This document shows, one piece after another, positions 1 to 22,300 of a stretch of 64,000 nt of DNA. The DNA is from the human T2T-CHM13v2.0 reference genome, Homo sapiens. Position numbers and translations under genes: made by a program. The stretch is taken from assembly GCF_009914755.1 (NCBI RefSeq), contig NC_060934.1; one strand, 5' to 3'. Position 1 is the first letter of the stretch, and every line of letters starts with the position of its first letter. Below the pieces are notes generated by a model. The model did not search any database. It saw only the letters and a program-made list of their open reading frames with translations, and had not been told where the DNA came from.

Positions 1-230
1 AATAGGATATACTGTTCAGGAGCACATACCTGCACTCAAACTCCAGGCTCTTGCTTTACTAAACTTCACACTTTTGGCAAGTGACCGGGCCTCATCTTCC
101 ATAAAGTGCAGAGAATAATAGCATCTACCCTATGAAGTTGTTGTGAGGATAGAGTAAGTTAATGCGAGGAAAGTGCCTAGCACAGCTGGCCTGCAGTAAG
201 TGCTCAGTAAATGGTATCCATTATTTATCC
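1..230 (+). mobile_element. MIR SINE
   Basis: ttgtgaggatagagtaagttaat...aagtgcctagcacag...gtaagtgctcagtaaat. Confidence 0.7.
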
Positions 231-396
231 TCCCAAGGTATCCAGCCTTCAGAGGCTTCCTGGAGGAGGTACTCACAAAGATTTGAATGATTGTAGAGGA
301 CTGGGCAGAAGAAGGGGTCTTATAGGAAAATGAGCTTCTCCAGGCATGATAGATGTGTTATCTTTGTTTTGGGTTTTTACAGTTTGTTTGTTTTAG

Positions 397-549
<153 letters not shown>

Positions 550-1270
550 TGAGATGTGTTATTTTTAAATTAATGGGTGCTGAGCACTGAAGAAAGAGCC
601 ATCCAGTGTTTGAGTATTCCCATCATGTGCTCAAGGGAACCTCCTTGCCTGGGTCCCATTTATCTTCTCCTTTGAAAGTCAGATTTGGGGGAGTTTGACT
701 CATGGACAAGGTCTGTGCGCACGCTGTCTTTTAGCTCTGGGATGGGGGTGGTGGTGGGCAAGCCCTTCCCGGGTAAGGCAGAGCCTGTGGGGCCAGTGCC
801 TGTGTGAAGACAGCAAGGACACTGGCAAGCACACACCAGGCAGGGTTCAGGCTCGGGCTTAGGGTGTCCGGAAGGGGAATGGCTATTCTGAAATCCCAAG
901 TCTAAGCTGAAGACCTTCCTCAAAGCCTCAGGAGATCCGGCTCACGGTGGGGACAAGTATAGAGTATTTGTTTCACAGCAGCAGTGAGCAGGCCTTCATT
1001 TGCTTCTGTGTTTTTCAAGTCACTTGTTGGGGTGTGAAAATCCCATCCCTAGATTCTCCACTAACTTCTTCACTGTAAATGCAGAAGCCCCAAAGGAGCC
1101 AATTTCATGTGCCAGAGCCCAACAGGCCTGGGCTCCCATCCTCAGTGTGTTATCATGGAAGACAAGGCAATGACAAGCAAATGGTCTTTCTTTGGGGACA
1201 GTTGTAAAGCCCTTGAGTGATAAGCCCCCTCCAATGGAATGTGGCCCTTCCTATCAAGAACAGCTCCAGG

Positions 1271-1594
<324 letters not shown>

Positions 1595-2046
1595 TCAGGT
1601 CGAGTCCTCTTTCTCTAGAGAGGGATTTTCTAAATATGAAAGAATCGAGGTTCCTATTTTGACCATGTCTTCTTAAAGGATGACAGTCCAAGTTCTCACT
1701 GAAACAACAGTAGTAGGCAGCAGAAAGACAGTGCAGAGGGAGGGGAAGAAGTAGAGGTATGGACTTAAGGACTGGGTGACATGGCCAGGGAAATGGACAT
1801 TAATACTCAACAGGCTAAGTCAAGGATGTTTAATGTGCCCATCCCACTGCTGGGTTTCAGGGAGCTGAAGGGAGCAATGGGCCAGCACTGAGGTTGAGAT
1901 CTGATTTTGTCCTTTACTAGCCTTGGAGCCTTGGTCCATGTTAACTGTCTGAGCTTCGGTTTCTTCATTTATCAACTATAGATAAAATTCCTTGCCCTGG
2001 CTGCTTCACAGGATTCTCATGATGAACTAAAACACACAGACACATA

Positions 2047-2047
<1 letters not shown>

Positions 2048-2082
<35 letters not shown>
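2048..2082 (+). repeat. (CA)n microsatellite
   Basis: Direct read. Confidence 0.95.
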
Positions 2083-2085
<3 letters not shown>

Positions 2086-2419
2086 CACTTTATAAAGCTT
2101 GATAATCCAGAAGGGGTTGTTTTAAAACAAAGCATTATTATTATAGTTGAAGTTAAGATAAATTCTAGCTCTCTGGGAACCTACAGTCCAGTTGTAGAAA
2201 TAAAATACATGAAATTAAAATACATAAGTAGCAAATAATGGCAATCTGTGCTCAGCACGAGATAGTGTTATCAAACCCACATTCAGTAAGTTTTCTGAGA
2301 GTCAGATGTAGAGTGAATCAGGTAGAACAAATTTCATAGAAGTGGTGGTAAGAACTGAAATGGGTCCTAGAAAAAAAGAAGGTTGTAGAAAAATTGCAAG
2401 AAGGAAGGAAGGCAATTGC

Positions 2420-2444
2420 GTGTGTGTGTGTGTGTGTGTGTGTG
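2420..2444 (+). repeat. (TG)n microsatellite
   Basis: Direct read. Confidence 0.95.
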
Positions 2445-2537
2445 CATTTTAAGCTGAAAAGCTCAACCAGGACATACACTATGCTAGGCTAGAGATGCAT
2501 ACTCTGACTGTGAAAGGTAAGAAATAGGTCTAAAGCA

Positions 2538-2770
2538 GAGATAGGAAAACTACAGCCCCACGAGCCAATTTTGGTACAAGCTGTAAGCTAAGAATAATTT
2601 TTACACTTAGAAAATGTTATAAGGAAAAAGAAAAAAAGGAGGAGTGACACAGACTTTGTGTTATATTTCCTTATAACAGAAAATGTTATAAGGAAAAAGA
2701 AAAAAAGGAGGAGGAGTGACACAGACTTTGTGCCCCACAAAATCTAAAGTATTTACTATCTGTCCCTATA
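2538..2770 (+). mobile_element. MER58-like hAT element
   Basis: aaactacagccc start; aaaatctaaagtatttactatctgtccct end. Confidence 0.55.
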
Positions 2771-2789
2771 CGGACCAATATGTACATGA

Positions 2790-6200
<3,411 letters not shown>

Positions 6201-7805
6201 AACTTTAAAAGAAAGAAGGCCCAAGCAAATAAACTGAACGACAAAAAAAAAATGAGACATCACAAAGGATAGCACAGAAATACAAAGGATCATTAGAGAC
6301 TATTATGAAAACCTATATGCCAATAAATCTGAAAACCTAGATGAAATAGACAAATTCCTGAACACTTACAACCTACCAAGACTGAATCAAGAAGAAATAA
6401 AAAAAAAAAAACTAAACAGAACAATAACAAGTAATGAGATTGAATCAGTAATAAAAAGTCTTCCAACAAAGAAAAGCCCAAGACCAGATGGCTTCATCAT
6501 TGAATTATACTGAACATTCAAGGAAGAATTAGTACTAGTCCATCTTAAACTATTCCCAAAAATTGAAGCAGAGTGTATTCTTGCTAACTCATTCTACAAG
6601 GCCAGCATAACCCTGATACCAAAACCAGACAAGAACACAATAAAAAAAAAAAAAAAACGTACAGGCCAATATCACTAGAGAACATTAATGCAAAATCTCT
6701 CAACAAAATACTAGCAAACTTAATTTAACAACATATCAAAAAGAAAATACACCAAGATTAAGTGGGATTTATTCCAGGAATGCAAGGATGTTTCAACATA
6801 CGCAAATCAATAAACTTCATACATCACATCAATAAAATGAAGGACAAAAACCATATGATCATCTCAATAGACACAGAAACAGCTTTTGATAGAATTCAAC
6901 ATCCATTCATGATTTAAAAAAAACCTCTTAATTAGGTATAGAAGGAAAGTACCTCAATATAATAATGGTCATATATAACAAACACACAGATAACATTTAA
7001 CTAAATGGGGAATAGCTGAAATCTTTTCTTCTAAGAACTGGAACAAGACAAGGATGCCCACTCTTACCACTCTTATTCAAGGTAATACTGGAAGTCCTAA
7101 CCAGACCAATTAGACAAGACAAAGAAATAAAAGACATCCAAATGGGAAAGGAAGTAAAATTGTCCCTGTTTGCAGATAACATGATCTCGTGTACAGAAAA
7201 ACCTAAGTACTCTTAAAAAAAAAAAAAACCTGATAAACAATTTCACCAAAGTCACAAGATATAAAATTAATATACAAAATGTGTGTTTCGATATATGAAC
7301 AATGAACTAGCTAAAAAGTAATCAAGAGGACAATTTCATTTACAATAGCTACCAAATAAATAAAACACCTAAAATAAATTTAACCAAGGAGGTGAAAAAC
7401 CTCAACAAAAAAATCTCCAAAGCAGTTATGAAAAAAATAGAAAAAGATGCAAATGGAAAGACATTCCATGCTCATGGATCAGAAGGATTAATATTGTTAA
7501 AATGACAATACTACCCAAAGCAATCTATAGATTCAATGCAATCCCTATCAAAATACCAATGATACTCTTCACAGAAACAGGAAAAAAATCCTAAAAGTTG
7601 TATGAAACTACAAAAACTCCAAATAGCCAAAGCAATACTGAGCACAAGGAACGAAGAAAAAAGCTGGAAGTATCATACTACCAGAACTCAAAATCTACTA
7701 CAAACCTTTAATAACCAAAACAGCATGGTACTGGCATAAAAACACATAGACCAATGGAACAGAATTGAGAACACAGAAATTAATCCACATATCTACAGTC
7801 AACTG

Positions 7806-8248
7806 ATTTTTTTTTAAGTTTTTTATTTTAAGTTCCAGTATACACGTGCAGGATGTGCAGGCTTGTTGCATAGGTAAACGTGTGGCATGGAGGTTTGCTG
7901 TACCTATCAACCCATCACCTAGGTATTAAGCCCAGCATGCATTACTGATGCTCTCCCTCCTGCTGCCCACGCCCTGACAGGCCCCAGTGTGTATTGTTCC
8001 CCTCCCTGTGTCTATGTGTTCTCATTGTTCAGCTCCCACTTGTGAGAACATGTGGTGTTTAGTTTTCTGTTCCTGCATCAGTTTGCTGGTTTCTAGCTCC
8101 ATCCATGTCCCTGCAGAGGACATGATCTCATTCCTTTTTATGGCTGCATAGTAGTCGATGGTGTATATGTACCATATTTTCTTTATCCAGTCTGTCATTG
8201 ATGGGCATTCGGGTTGATTCCATGCCTTTACTATTGTGAAGAGTGTAC
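7806..8248 (-). mobile_element. 5'-truncated L1PA 3' end inserted antisense into the L1MA
   Basis: L1PA 3'UTR sequence with T-tail; flanking duplication acagYcaactgattttt (~7795 and ~8250). Confidence 0.8.
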
Positions 8249-8347
8249 AACAGCCAACTGATTTTTGACAAAGGTGCCAACAATACTTTTTAGGAAAAGA
8301 ACAGTCTCTTCAATAAATGGTGCTAGGAAAATTGGATATTCACATGA

Positions 8348-8667
<320 letters not shown>

Positions 8668-9969
8668 CCTCTCATCCTATGCAAAAATAAATTCAAAATC
8701 CTAAATATGAGGCCAAAAGTGATAAAACTTCTAGAATAAAACAGGGGAAACACTTCAAGACATTGGTCTGGGAAAAGATTTTATGAATAAGACTGCAAAA
8801 GCACAGGAAACAAAAGTAAAAACAAAGAAATAGGAGTATATGGTAAAGTAAAAATAAATCGGTTTACAAATAGTATATGGTATATGGTATAAACAAATAG
8901 CATATGGTATAAACAAATAGTATATGGTAAAGTAAAAATAAACAGGAGTATATGGAACTACAAATCTTCTGCGCAGCAAAGGAAACAATCAGCAAAGTAA
9001 AAAGACAACCTACAGAATGGGAGAAAATATTTGCAAACTACTCATCTGATAGGGGATTAATATCCAGAATATACAAGGAACTCAACAGCAAAATAATAAT
9101 AATCATCCATTAAAAATGGGCAAATGATCTCAGCAGATATTTCTCAAAAGAAGACATACAAATGGCCAGTAAATACATTAAAAATTCTCAACGTCACTAA
9201 TTATCATGGAAATGCAAATCAAAACCCCAGGGAGGTATCATCTCACCCCAGTTAACATGGCTATTATCAAAAAATAAATAAATAAATAAATAAATAGCAA
9301 ATGCTGGCAGGGATATAGAGAAAAGGGAATACTTATACACTACTGATGGGGATGTAAACTAGTACAGCCACTCGGGAGAACAGTATGGAGGTCACTCAAA
9401 AAACTACAACTAGAACTACCATATGACCCAGCAATCCCACTGCTGAGACAAAGGGGGATTGTGGGACTACTATCCCCAGCCCTGGAAACTCTGCTTTGTC
9501 AAAAACTTAGCCAAAGGAGACAACAAATCAAAGAGCGGCTGTTCAGTAGCACCACACTGTAGGAGGTACATTCCACAGCAACCCCCACTCCCCAGCACAA
9601 ACCCCCAGCCAGCGGTCCCACACTGCCTGGACAATCCCTTTGGGACCTCCCTCATTTGGCTCTGACCATTTACTAGAGCCAACGTGAACTTGGGCTTGAG
9701 GCGCCATCTACAGCCGAAATGGAGGCAGCGACCTACTAGCAAAGATTTGCTAAGCTGATATATTCAATAAAAAACAAAAGTGAACGGAGAAAATTGGAAT
9801 AAATAACTAACCCTTCAATGCAAAGACGTAGATGGATACTCACAAGAAACAACAACAAACAGGGAACCATGACCTCCCCAAAAGGAGGTCATGAGACAGG
9901 TAAGTTCTTATCAATAACAGCACTGGAAGTAAACTGTCTCAATTCTCTAATTAAAAGGCATAGAGTGGC

Positions 9970-10579
9970 TGATATAGTTGAATATTTGTCCCCTCCTAAT
10001 CTCATGTTGGAATTTGATCTCCAACACTGGAGGTGGAGCCCAATGGGAAGTGTTTACATCACAGGGGTGGGTCCCTCGTGAATGGCTTGGTGTCATCCCC
10101 TTGGTGATGAGTGAGTTCTCACTCTATTAGTTCATGCAAGAGCTGGTTGTTTAAAAAGAATCTGGCACTTCCTTTCTCTCTCTTGCTCCCTCTCTTGCCA
10201 TGTGATATGTCTACTACCTCTTTGCCTTCTACCGTGGATGGAAGCAGTCTGAGGCCTTCACCAGAAGCAGAGGCTGGTGCCGTCCTTCTTGTATAGTCTG
10301 TAGAACTGTCAGCCAAATAAACTCCTTTTCTTTACAAATTACCCAGTCTCAGATATTTCTTTAAATTACAGGGGTGTCCAATCTTTTGGCTTCCCTGTGC
10401 CAAGAAGCACTGTGCTCAGCCACAAATAAAATATACTAACACTAATGATAGCTGATGAACTTTTTAAAATAGCAGAAAAATCTCACAGTGTTTCAAGAAA
10501 GTTTATGAATTTGTGTTGGGCTGCATTCAGAGCTGTCCTGGGATGCATGCTTTATAACAATGCAAAACAGACTAACACA
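9970..10579 (+). mobile_element. MST (MaLR) LTR inserted in L1
   Basis: tgatatagtt...gactaacaca with 5-bp TSD gtggc. Confidence 0.8.
10369..10550 (+). mobile_element. MER30 hAT MITE nested in the MST LTR
   Basis: caggggtgtccaatcttttggcttccctg...gaatttgtgttgggctgcattc. Confidence 0.8.
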
Positions 10580-11004
10580 GTGGCTGAATGGATAAAGAAA
10601 CATGACCCTACTATATGCTACCTTCAAGAAACCCATTTCACCTACAAAGTCACACACAGACTGAAACGGAAGGGGTGGAAAAATATATAACATGCAAGTG
10701 GAAACCAGAAAAGGCTAGGTGTAGTTGTAATTATATCAGGTAAAATAGACTACAAATCAAAGACTGTAAAAAAAAAGACAAAGAAGGTTACTATATAATA
10801 ATAAAGGGGTCAATTCTTCAGGAGCATATCACAATTATAAATCGCTATGCACCTAACATTGGAACTCCCAAGTAAAGCAAATGTTAATAAATCTAAAGGG
10901 AGAAATAGACTGCAATACAATAATGGTAAGAGACTTTAACACCCCACTCTCAGTAACAGATAGGTTATCCAGACAGAAAACCAACAAAAAAAGTAGTAGA
11001 GTTA

Positions 11005-11607
<603 letters not shown>

Positions 11608-12903
11608 CTAGCTGACATTTATAGAACATTTCATCAGCTGCTGCAGGATACACATTCTTTTGATCAGCACATGGAATATTCTTCAGAATAGATCATATCT
11701 CAGGCCAAAAAACAAGTCTGAACAAACTGTAAAAATAGAAATCACATCAAGTATCTTTCCTGATCACAATGGAACAAAACTAGAAATCAGTAACAAGAGG
11801 AACCTCAGAGAACACACAAACCCATGGAAATTAAACAACATGCTCCTGAATGACCACTGGGTCAATGAAAGAATATTAAGAAGAAAATTTTAAATATTTT
11901 TGAAACAAATGAAAATGGAAATACAACATACCAAAATCTATGGGATACGGTAAATGCAGTACTAAGAGGAAAGTATTTAGCAATAAGTGCCTATGTCAAA
12001 AAAGTAGAAAGACTTCAAATAAACAACCTAACAATGCACCTCAAGGAACAAGAAAAGCAAGAACAAACCACGCCCAAAATTAGTAGAAGGAAAGACATAA
12101 CTAGGATCAGAGCAGAAATAAATGAAAGTGAGACTAAAAAACGCACATCAACAAAATGAAGTTTTTTTCTGAAAAGATAAACAAAATTGACAAGCCTTTA
12201 GATGGACTAAGAAAAAAAGACCCAAATAAACAAAATCAGAAATGAAAAAGGAGACATAACAATTGATATCTCAGAAATACAAAGAATCATTAGAGGCTAT
12301 CATGAAAAACTGTACACCAACACATTAAATCAGGAAGTTAACACAGATTCAATACTATAATGAATCTATAGGCCTTATTCAAATTTCACCAATGCCTCTT
12401 AATTTAATGTTATGTTTCTGGCCCAGGATCCAATCAAGGCCACCACATTGCATTTAGTTGTCACATGTCCCTAGTCTTCCAATTTGAGACAGCTCATAAT
12501 TTTGACACTTTTTTGCAAAACATTATTTTGCACAATGTTTGTCAACTTGCTTGTGTCTGATATTTTCTCATCATTAGGTTGTAGTTATGCAATTTTGGCA
12601 TGAACACTACAGAAACCATGTTGTGCCCTTCTCAGTCTTATCAAGAGGTACAAGATGCCAATATGTCTTATGACTCATGTTAATTTTTAGCAATTGGTTA
12701 AGGTGATGCTTGTCACATTTATTAACTGTAAAGTTACTATTTCCCCTTTATAATTAGTATCTTCTGGAGACATATTTTGAGACCAATCATATCTCTTCTT
12801 TTTCATTCTATTTTTGCCCACTAATTTTAGCATCTATTAACCCTTTTTCTGTTTACAAAATTAAAAAGTGCAGCCGTTGCCAGCGCTCATTAAATTTTAC
12901 CTA

Positions 12904-13388
<485 letters not shown>

Positions 13389-13465
13389 CTATTTCAGACA
13401 AATAAAATTCACCAAATGAATCTTTGGCCAACAGCTCTTTGAGAACAATGTTAACATCACTCATA

Positions 13466-14790
<1,325 letters not shown>

Positions 14791-14884
14791 TAAAAATGTT
14801 TTCCAGGGTGATCATTTCCTTTCTTTTAATTTGCATTATTTTGAATGTTCATAGAAGCTTTATTCATTTTTTGATTGACTATCA

Positions 14885-15145
<261 letters not shown>

Positions 15146-15698
15146 CTAGTACAAAGATATTTATAAATATATGTACAAATAATCATTGTACATATTCATT
15201 GGGGTTCATAGTGATGTTTTGATAGAAATGTTATCATGATTAGATCAGGGTGATTAGCATATCCATCATCTCAAACATTATCATTTCTTTGTGTTGGAAA
15301 TATTCAATATCCTCCCTCTAGCTATTTGAAACTATATATTGTTATTAACTACAACCTTCCTACAGTGATACAGAAGACTGTAACTTTTTTAAAAATTACC
15401 TTTTATTTGAGTATTTTTAATTGAGATAAAATATACATATATAATTTACCACCTTTACCATTTTTAAGTGTACAGTTTAGTGGTAATGAAGATGTTTATT
15501 TATTTATTCCCCCTCCTTCCTCCCCTTCCCCAGCCTCTGGTAACCACTAATCTACTGTCTATGAGGTGAAGAGGAAAGGTCTAAGATCGTTTGCACATGT
15601 TTTCTTCCATTCTACAGGTTCCCTCTTCACTTTGTTGATTGTTTTCTTTGCTGTGCAGAAGCTTTTTTAGTTTGATGTAATCCAAAGTATCATTTTGG

Positions 15699-16329
<631 letters not shown>

Positions 16330-19300
16330 TTACAGAAAAAAATCTTTGCTCAGACCAATGTCCTGGAGCATTTTCCCAATGTTTTCTTCTAGTAGCTTTG
16401 TAGTTTCAGGTCTTGGATTTAAGTCTCTAATCCATTTTTATTTTATTTTTGTGTATGGTGAGACACAGGAGCCTAGTTTCATTCTTTCCAGGCCCATCCC
16501 CAGGAGATTTGGTAAGGACTGGGGCCTGGGACTCAGCATTTAAAACAAATATTCTAGATGATTCTGATTCAGGTGTCCTGTGACCACACTTCGGAAAACT
16601 TGCCCTAGGTGAAGTTTGGCATTAGATTTCTCCCCTGGATCAGAATCAGGCTGTGTTTGACCATCTGATAGGGATCCTGAAACATCCCCAAGCCTAGCAT
16701 TTCTAATATAGGGCTGGAGGTGACATTGGAGCAATTGATGACACAGAGTGTGATGTAAAAGATCACAAATGGATCAGAGAGAGGATACTTGGGTTTTAGT
16801 CCCAGCCTGGAAGACTCTGACCAAGCCTTGCCTCGCTTCTGTAAAATACAGTTAAACAGTCACCGCCCCGTCAACCCCAGCAAGCAGGTGAGCACCAACT
16901 GAAAGTTCCTGAATAACTGTCATGGGCAGTTGGGAGGCTCAGCCCCACCCATGTTGCCAGGGAAACCAGACCTCCTGAGCCGGGACTAGACTCTCAGGCT
17001 CAGTGGCCAGTGTGACTCGATCCACTGAAGAGGAAACCTGCAAAAAGAGCTACCAAAGAAGCCTGCAGGGGTGCTGCCCCTGGCCCTGAGGCTGGAGAGA
17101 GTCTTGAAGATGAGGAGAAAGGGAGAAGGGCAGTCCCTTCAGGGCTTAGGGAACCAGGCCCTAACAGAAGTCCAATAAATGCAGGTCTGTTTGAAGACCT
17201 GAAGCTGTCTTTCAGAAACTGGGTCTGAAGAAGCCTCACAGCTGTTGCCAGGCCTGGGAGAGCTGCCATCAGAGGCCGCTGCTGCGGAGAAAGTCCTTCT
17301 GCTCTGTCCTGAAGGGGAGAAGGCCATGTCACCATAGGTCTCCTGCTGGGGGTGGGCCAGGATTCTCAGCAAGGAGGTAGAAATGACCAGGGCAATGACA
17401 ACATGGGGATTCACATGGACCTATGTTAATGTATCAAGAATAGTCGGACCAAAGCTTGTTAACACAGAATAAAACAGGGAAACCAAAAAGTAGTGGAGAG
17501 GGAATAGAGAAATATAATTCCAAAGAAATTGCCTCCAAACACTGGAGTAACTGTACACAAAATGTAGCTCTGAGCTGGGCAGCCAAAACAGAGAAGGGAG
17601 CAGATGAGTGACATTAGACTCTCTGACTAGTAGAAGGAAGCATTAGTATCCATTTCTCAGAAAAGAAATTGCTTTCCTGACTCCTGAGCAAAGGCAGCAA
17701 ACCACAGTCCCTTCTCATACTTCTTAATGAAGAATTCCTGAACCAGGGATTCAGCATTCATAGCAAAGGGAAGTCTTACCCCAGAGGGAGGCTAGTGAGG
17801 GACACCAAATCAAAGAAGACAACAGTTTATTTAGGTTAGAAGGAAGAACAAGGCTGCAAAGCTAATGAAGCTTGGCTTCAGGATCGCACAGTTACAGGTC
17901 CTTCCCTCACATTCTCTCCCCTTTCTCCGTCCACCAGGGCAAACTAGAGATTTAAGTTTTCGCTTTTGTTGACTTTACAAACTCAATTCATGGGTACAGA
18001 TGGGGATTTAAAAACAAAAACAAGGACCTGGAGCAGTGGTTCATATGCCTGTCTGCACTCTGGGAGCTGAGGCAGGAGGATGACTGGAGGCCAGGAGTTC
18101 GAAACCAGGCTGGACAACATAGTGAAATTTCATCTCTACAAAATTTAAAATAATAATAATAATAATAACCAGGCATGGTGGCACATGGCTGTAGTCCCTA
18201 CTCAGGAGGCTGAGGCAGGAGGAGGGTATGAGTTCGAGCCCAGGAGGTTGACGTTGCAGTGTGCTATGATTGTGCCACTGCAGTCTAGTCTAGGGTGACA
18301 TTGTTTAAAACTGTTCAAACACACACAAAGTGAAAATTGTAAGTGCTCTTCTAAAAGCATTGCATGTTGGAAAATTAGACTAGGAGGCACTTTGACATCT
18401 TTTTAGACCACAGATTTCTGGGGAAGCCAGAAAGGAGCTGGGGTGGCAAAACTAGGAGCACAAGGAATGCCTCATTAGCTGTGCTGGGGGGCCAAGGGTG
18501 TGGAGAATAAGCCAGGCACCAGGAAAAGGCAGCTGCCATTCTCTCGCATACCCGGCACACCTTGCTGGGATGTTGGTATACCATGGGTAAAATGCCAAAC
18601 CTAGCGCCATCTCTTCTTTAACCCCCTACAGTACTTTGTTTGTACTTTTCTTAGGGTACTCATGTTGCCCGCCTCCCTTTATAGATGCTCATATTTAATC
18701 CTTCCAAAAACATGTGCCCTGATGCCAAGGGCAAGATCTTCCCCGCCTCTGCATCCAGGAGCTCTGAAGTCTACACGAATGGAAATATATATTCAAAATA
18801 CGTATTCAACATACCATTGGGGATTTGATCCAAATGGAAATCAAAGAAATAGGAGACTCAGTGTGAGCTCTGAGTATGTTTCCAGGCTTACTGAATAAGA
18901 CACTATAAGTAGCTCTAACCCTGCAGATCAGTTAAACTGCAGCTGAGAGCTGCAGATGATCAGAATGGTGGGTGCAAGTTTATGTGGGGTCGAAGTTCAT
19001 AATATTGAAAGAACTTCTTTAGAAAAAAAAAATATATATATATAGTTACAAATATATAATAAGGTCCAAGCCTTGGGGGTGTGAGGCCCTGAAGTTGAAA
19101 CTTCAAGAACTTCAAGGGTAAATAGCCTGTGGTCTTTGCAAGTGGCTGGCGAAGGTGTCAAAGAGATGGGACTCACCCTTGACTGAGCCTGGAAGACTGG
19201 GCAGAATTTGGAAAGACAAAATAAAAAGGGCCGTGTGGCAGGATGAACAAAGACATTTAATATTGCCAGAGGCCTGCTTGGGGAGCCCGTGAGCAAACCA

Positions 19301-22300
19301 GTCCAATTGGACAGAAACGTTGCAAAGTCCAGGTGGAAAGAGGAAGGCTGGAAAGTCAGCTGAAGTCAGTTGGGGGTGGTGGGGGTGGGCCTTGAGTGTA
19401 GGCTGACATCTGAATTCTATTTCACTAGTTATAGGAGCCATGGATGTTTATTTTTTAAATGCAGTTCATTGACTTGAAGAAAACAATGTCTTAGGAAGAT
19501 TAGCCTGGTTTTATTGTTCAAGGCAATGAAGCAGGAGGCACTTACAAAAGTCCAGGCTTGGGTGATAAGGGCCTAAACTTAGGCTGTTGATGAAACCCAG
19601 GTTGTAGCCGTGCGAATGAAAAGGAAATACCTAACTCAGTGGATTTTGGTGATTTTTAGAGACCAAGAAGAGAAGGATTCCAAGATGATTGAGGTTTCTG
19701 CTGAGTATTAGAGAATAACTGTATCATTAAGAGATATGAGAAGGTTAAGAGGGCCAGATTTGAAGGAGAAAATAGAAGTGGAGGATTTTAGATATTTCAG
19801 ACTAGAGATGATGGGAGAACTATGAATTTTGAGATGGTCTTAGGGAACTGAGGGCTGGAGACTGATTTGGTAATCAGAAGCACCCATTTATTCATTCATG
19901 CCATAGGAATTTGGCTGGTAACCTCTGGAAAAATCAGCCCTGTGTTGCATGTCAAAAGGGATGTAACAGATGAAGTGGTCCCTCCCTTCAGTGAGTTAAA
20001 TTTAGGATCTCAAGAGAGAAGAGATGGAGGTGAAATGAGTGAAGTAAGGCAGGGTCTATTGCGTACAAGAATGAGCGACCTAAATGTGGGGGAAGAGTTG
20101 GCTGTGGCGTCTGTCACCTACTGGTTTCCAAAGAGTATTAGACTCAGCTGACTCACCATGTGTATCCCCCATCCACTGTATCCCTCTCCAAATGGCAGGC
20201 TTGTCTGAAGAGAACAATGTCCATAGAGGTTACAACTGCCCTCTGCCCCCTGAGTAAAATGAGTTGTACAGACAATAAATATGATGCCGTTCATGAAATT
20301 GGAGGGAAACTCCCGGATCCTGGAGAAGGGAGAACTAGATCTGAACCTGTGAAGACGAGCAGTTTGCATAAGTGGAGGGGTGTAGAGGAAGCTGCCTTCC
20401 AAAAATGGCAGCTACAAAAAAATAGGGAGGATGTTTCCTAGGAGGTGGAGGAGATGTAACCCCATGGGGAAGCTCAACTGACTTTTCTCATGCTGTTCCC
20501 TCTGTTGAGAATGGCTGAAGCCAAGAAGCCAGTGTCAGAAACTAAAGAAAGGGAAACAAGAGTCGAGGTGGAAGATAAGGGTACAGGGTTGAGAGAGGAA
20601 TGGGTGACAACTCCACGATTTTCAAGTGAAGCTGAACCCCCAACTTCCAACTTCTTGTTTACGTAGCAGTGAACTGCCTAGAGCTGTTTTTTGCAGAATC
20701 GTATAGAGTTGACCTCATGCATGTTTCTTTAACTTCTATCACTGACGTGTGTTTCAATTTCCTTGTTTCATGATACCCTTTCTTAAGCTTACGTGAATAT
20801 GTGTAATACATTTTTAAATGTGACATATGTTAATTTTAGGCATGTCAGAGTAAAACAGCCACTATCAAGGGAAATCTGAAATCTGAAATCTGCAGGGTTT
20901 GATCTTCCTCTCAGTAATTTGACATCAAACTGTGTGTCCCATACTTTTAAGAAAAAACTGTTTGTGGTATACCCGCAAATCACGGGAGATCATACATATC
21001 TGAAGGTGCTGTTTATGAAACTACATTACTCTCAAACTCCTTGGCTGCCTGTTTTTTGTTTGTTTTGCCTTTAATAGGAGTTTTCTTTACTTATATGAAT
21101 AAAGTGAAGACAGGGAGGACCAAAAAAAAGAATACAGTCACAATGAAATTAACTTTGCTACTTATTCCTACTTGGCCACCAAGATACAATAGATGTTGAG
21201 GCTGTGAGTAGGATGAGGGTTTGTAGTCATTTCCATAAATGGTCACACCCCATATTAATGGACAGATGGCCCATGTGGCAAGAGAGCTGGTTGGTCAATG
21301 GAACAGGACTTGCTGTAACCAGTGCTGAATAAGCTCACCAGCATCCAGCCTGAGATGAGGGGGGGAAGTCTGAGAGGCTTTGTCTGTCACTTTCAATTAA
21401 CCAGGATCAACCAAGGTAAGCTTCTTGTCCTGACTGCTGAAAAGTTCTCACCCTAAAGAATCCTACCTTCCCCGATGCAAGATGGAAAATTGCTCAAACA
21501 CTTAAAGCTATTCTCAATGAGAAACAAAAAAAGGACCACAGATACAAAGTAAGATCCTTTTGTTTATTAGAAGCTATTTCCACAAACTGAACAATTTGGA
21601 GACTGAGCATCCTTACACTGTGTATGTAGCTCTAGCAAATCCTACTATTTTACTCTCCTAGCTCAGATTCCTTTGTAAAAAGTCAGATGCTGCTGATGTT
21701 CATGAGGCTTCTCTTCTGGCACCAGGGCAGACAAGACAACCTGAAGGGCTTTCTGCAACAAAATGCCTAGAAAATGTTGGGTGCAATTTATAAAACATAA
21801 TTTTAATGCATAGCTGAGCTCACAGGAAGGTAATGGAAACCCCCAGGAGTCAGAAGGCCAAGGGGACAGAACTCTGGAGAATGAAGCATAAGTGCCTGCT
21901 GTAGCTGCCTTGAAGGTGGAAGGGTATGGTAGGATGGGGCTGTTTTAGGAAATACACAGGGAAAAGTGACAGAAACCTTTGGCCTTGCCTATGGGTTGTT
22001 GGAACTAAGAAACCCCTCACACAGATACATAAATTTGGGATTATCTAGGAGCAACACAGCACCTTGGGAGATTGAGGCGGGAGGACTGCTTGAGGCCAGG
22101 AGCTTAAGACCAGCCTGGGCAACATAGCAAAACCGTATCTCTGCAAAAAAAAATTTTTTTTAATTAGCCAGGCATGGTGTGACATGATACTTGAGTAGTT
22201 CCAGCTACTCAAGAGGCTGAGCTGGGAGGATTAACCAATGTCTAGGATTCTCAGGGGTTTTGAAGTTCAAATATACACTGTCCTTTTATTTTGGGAACTC

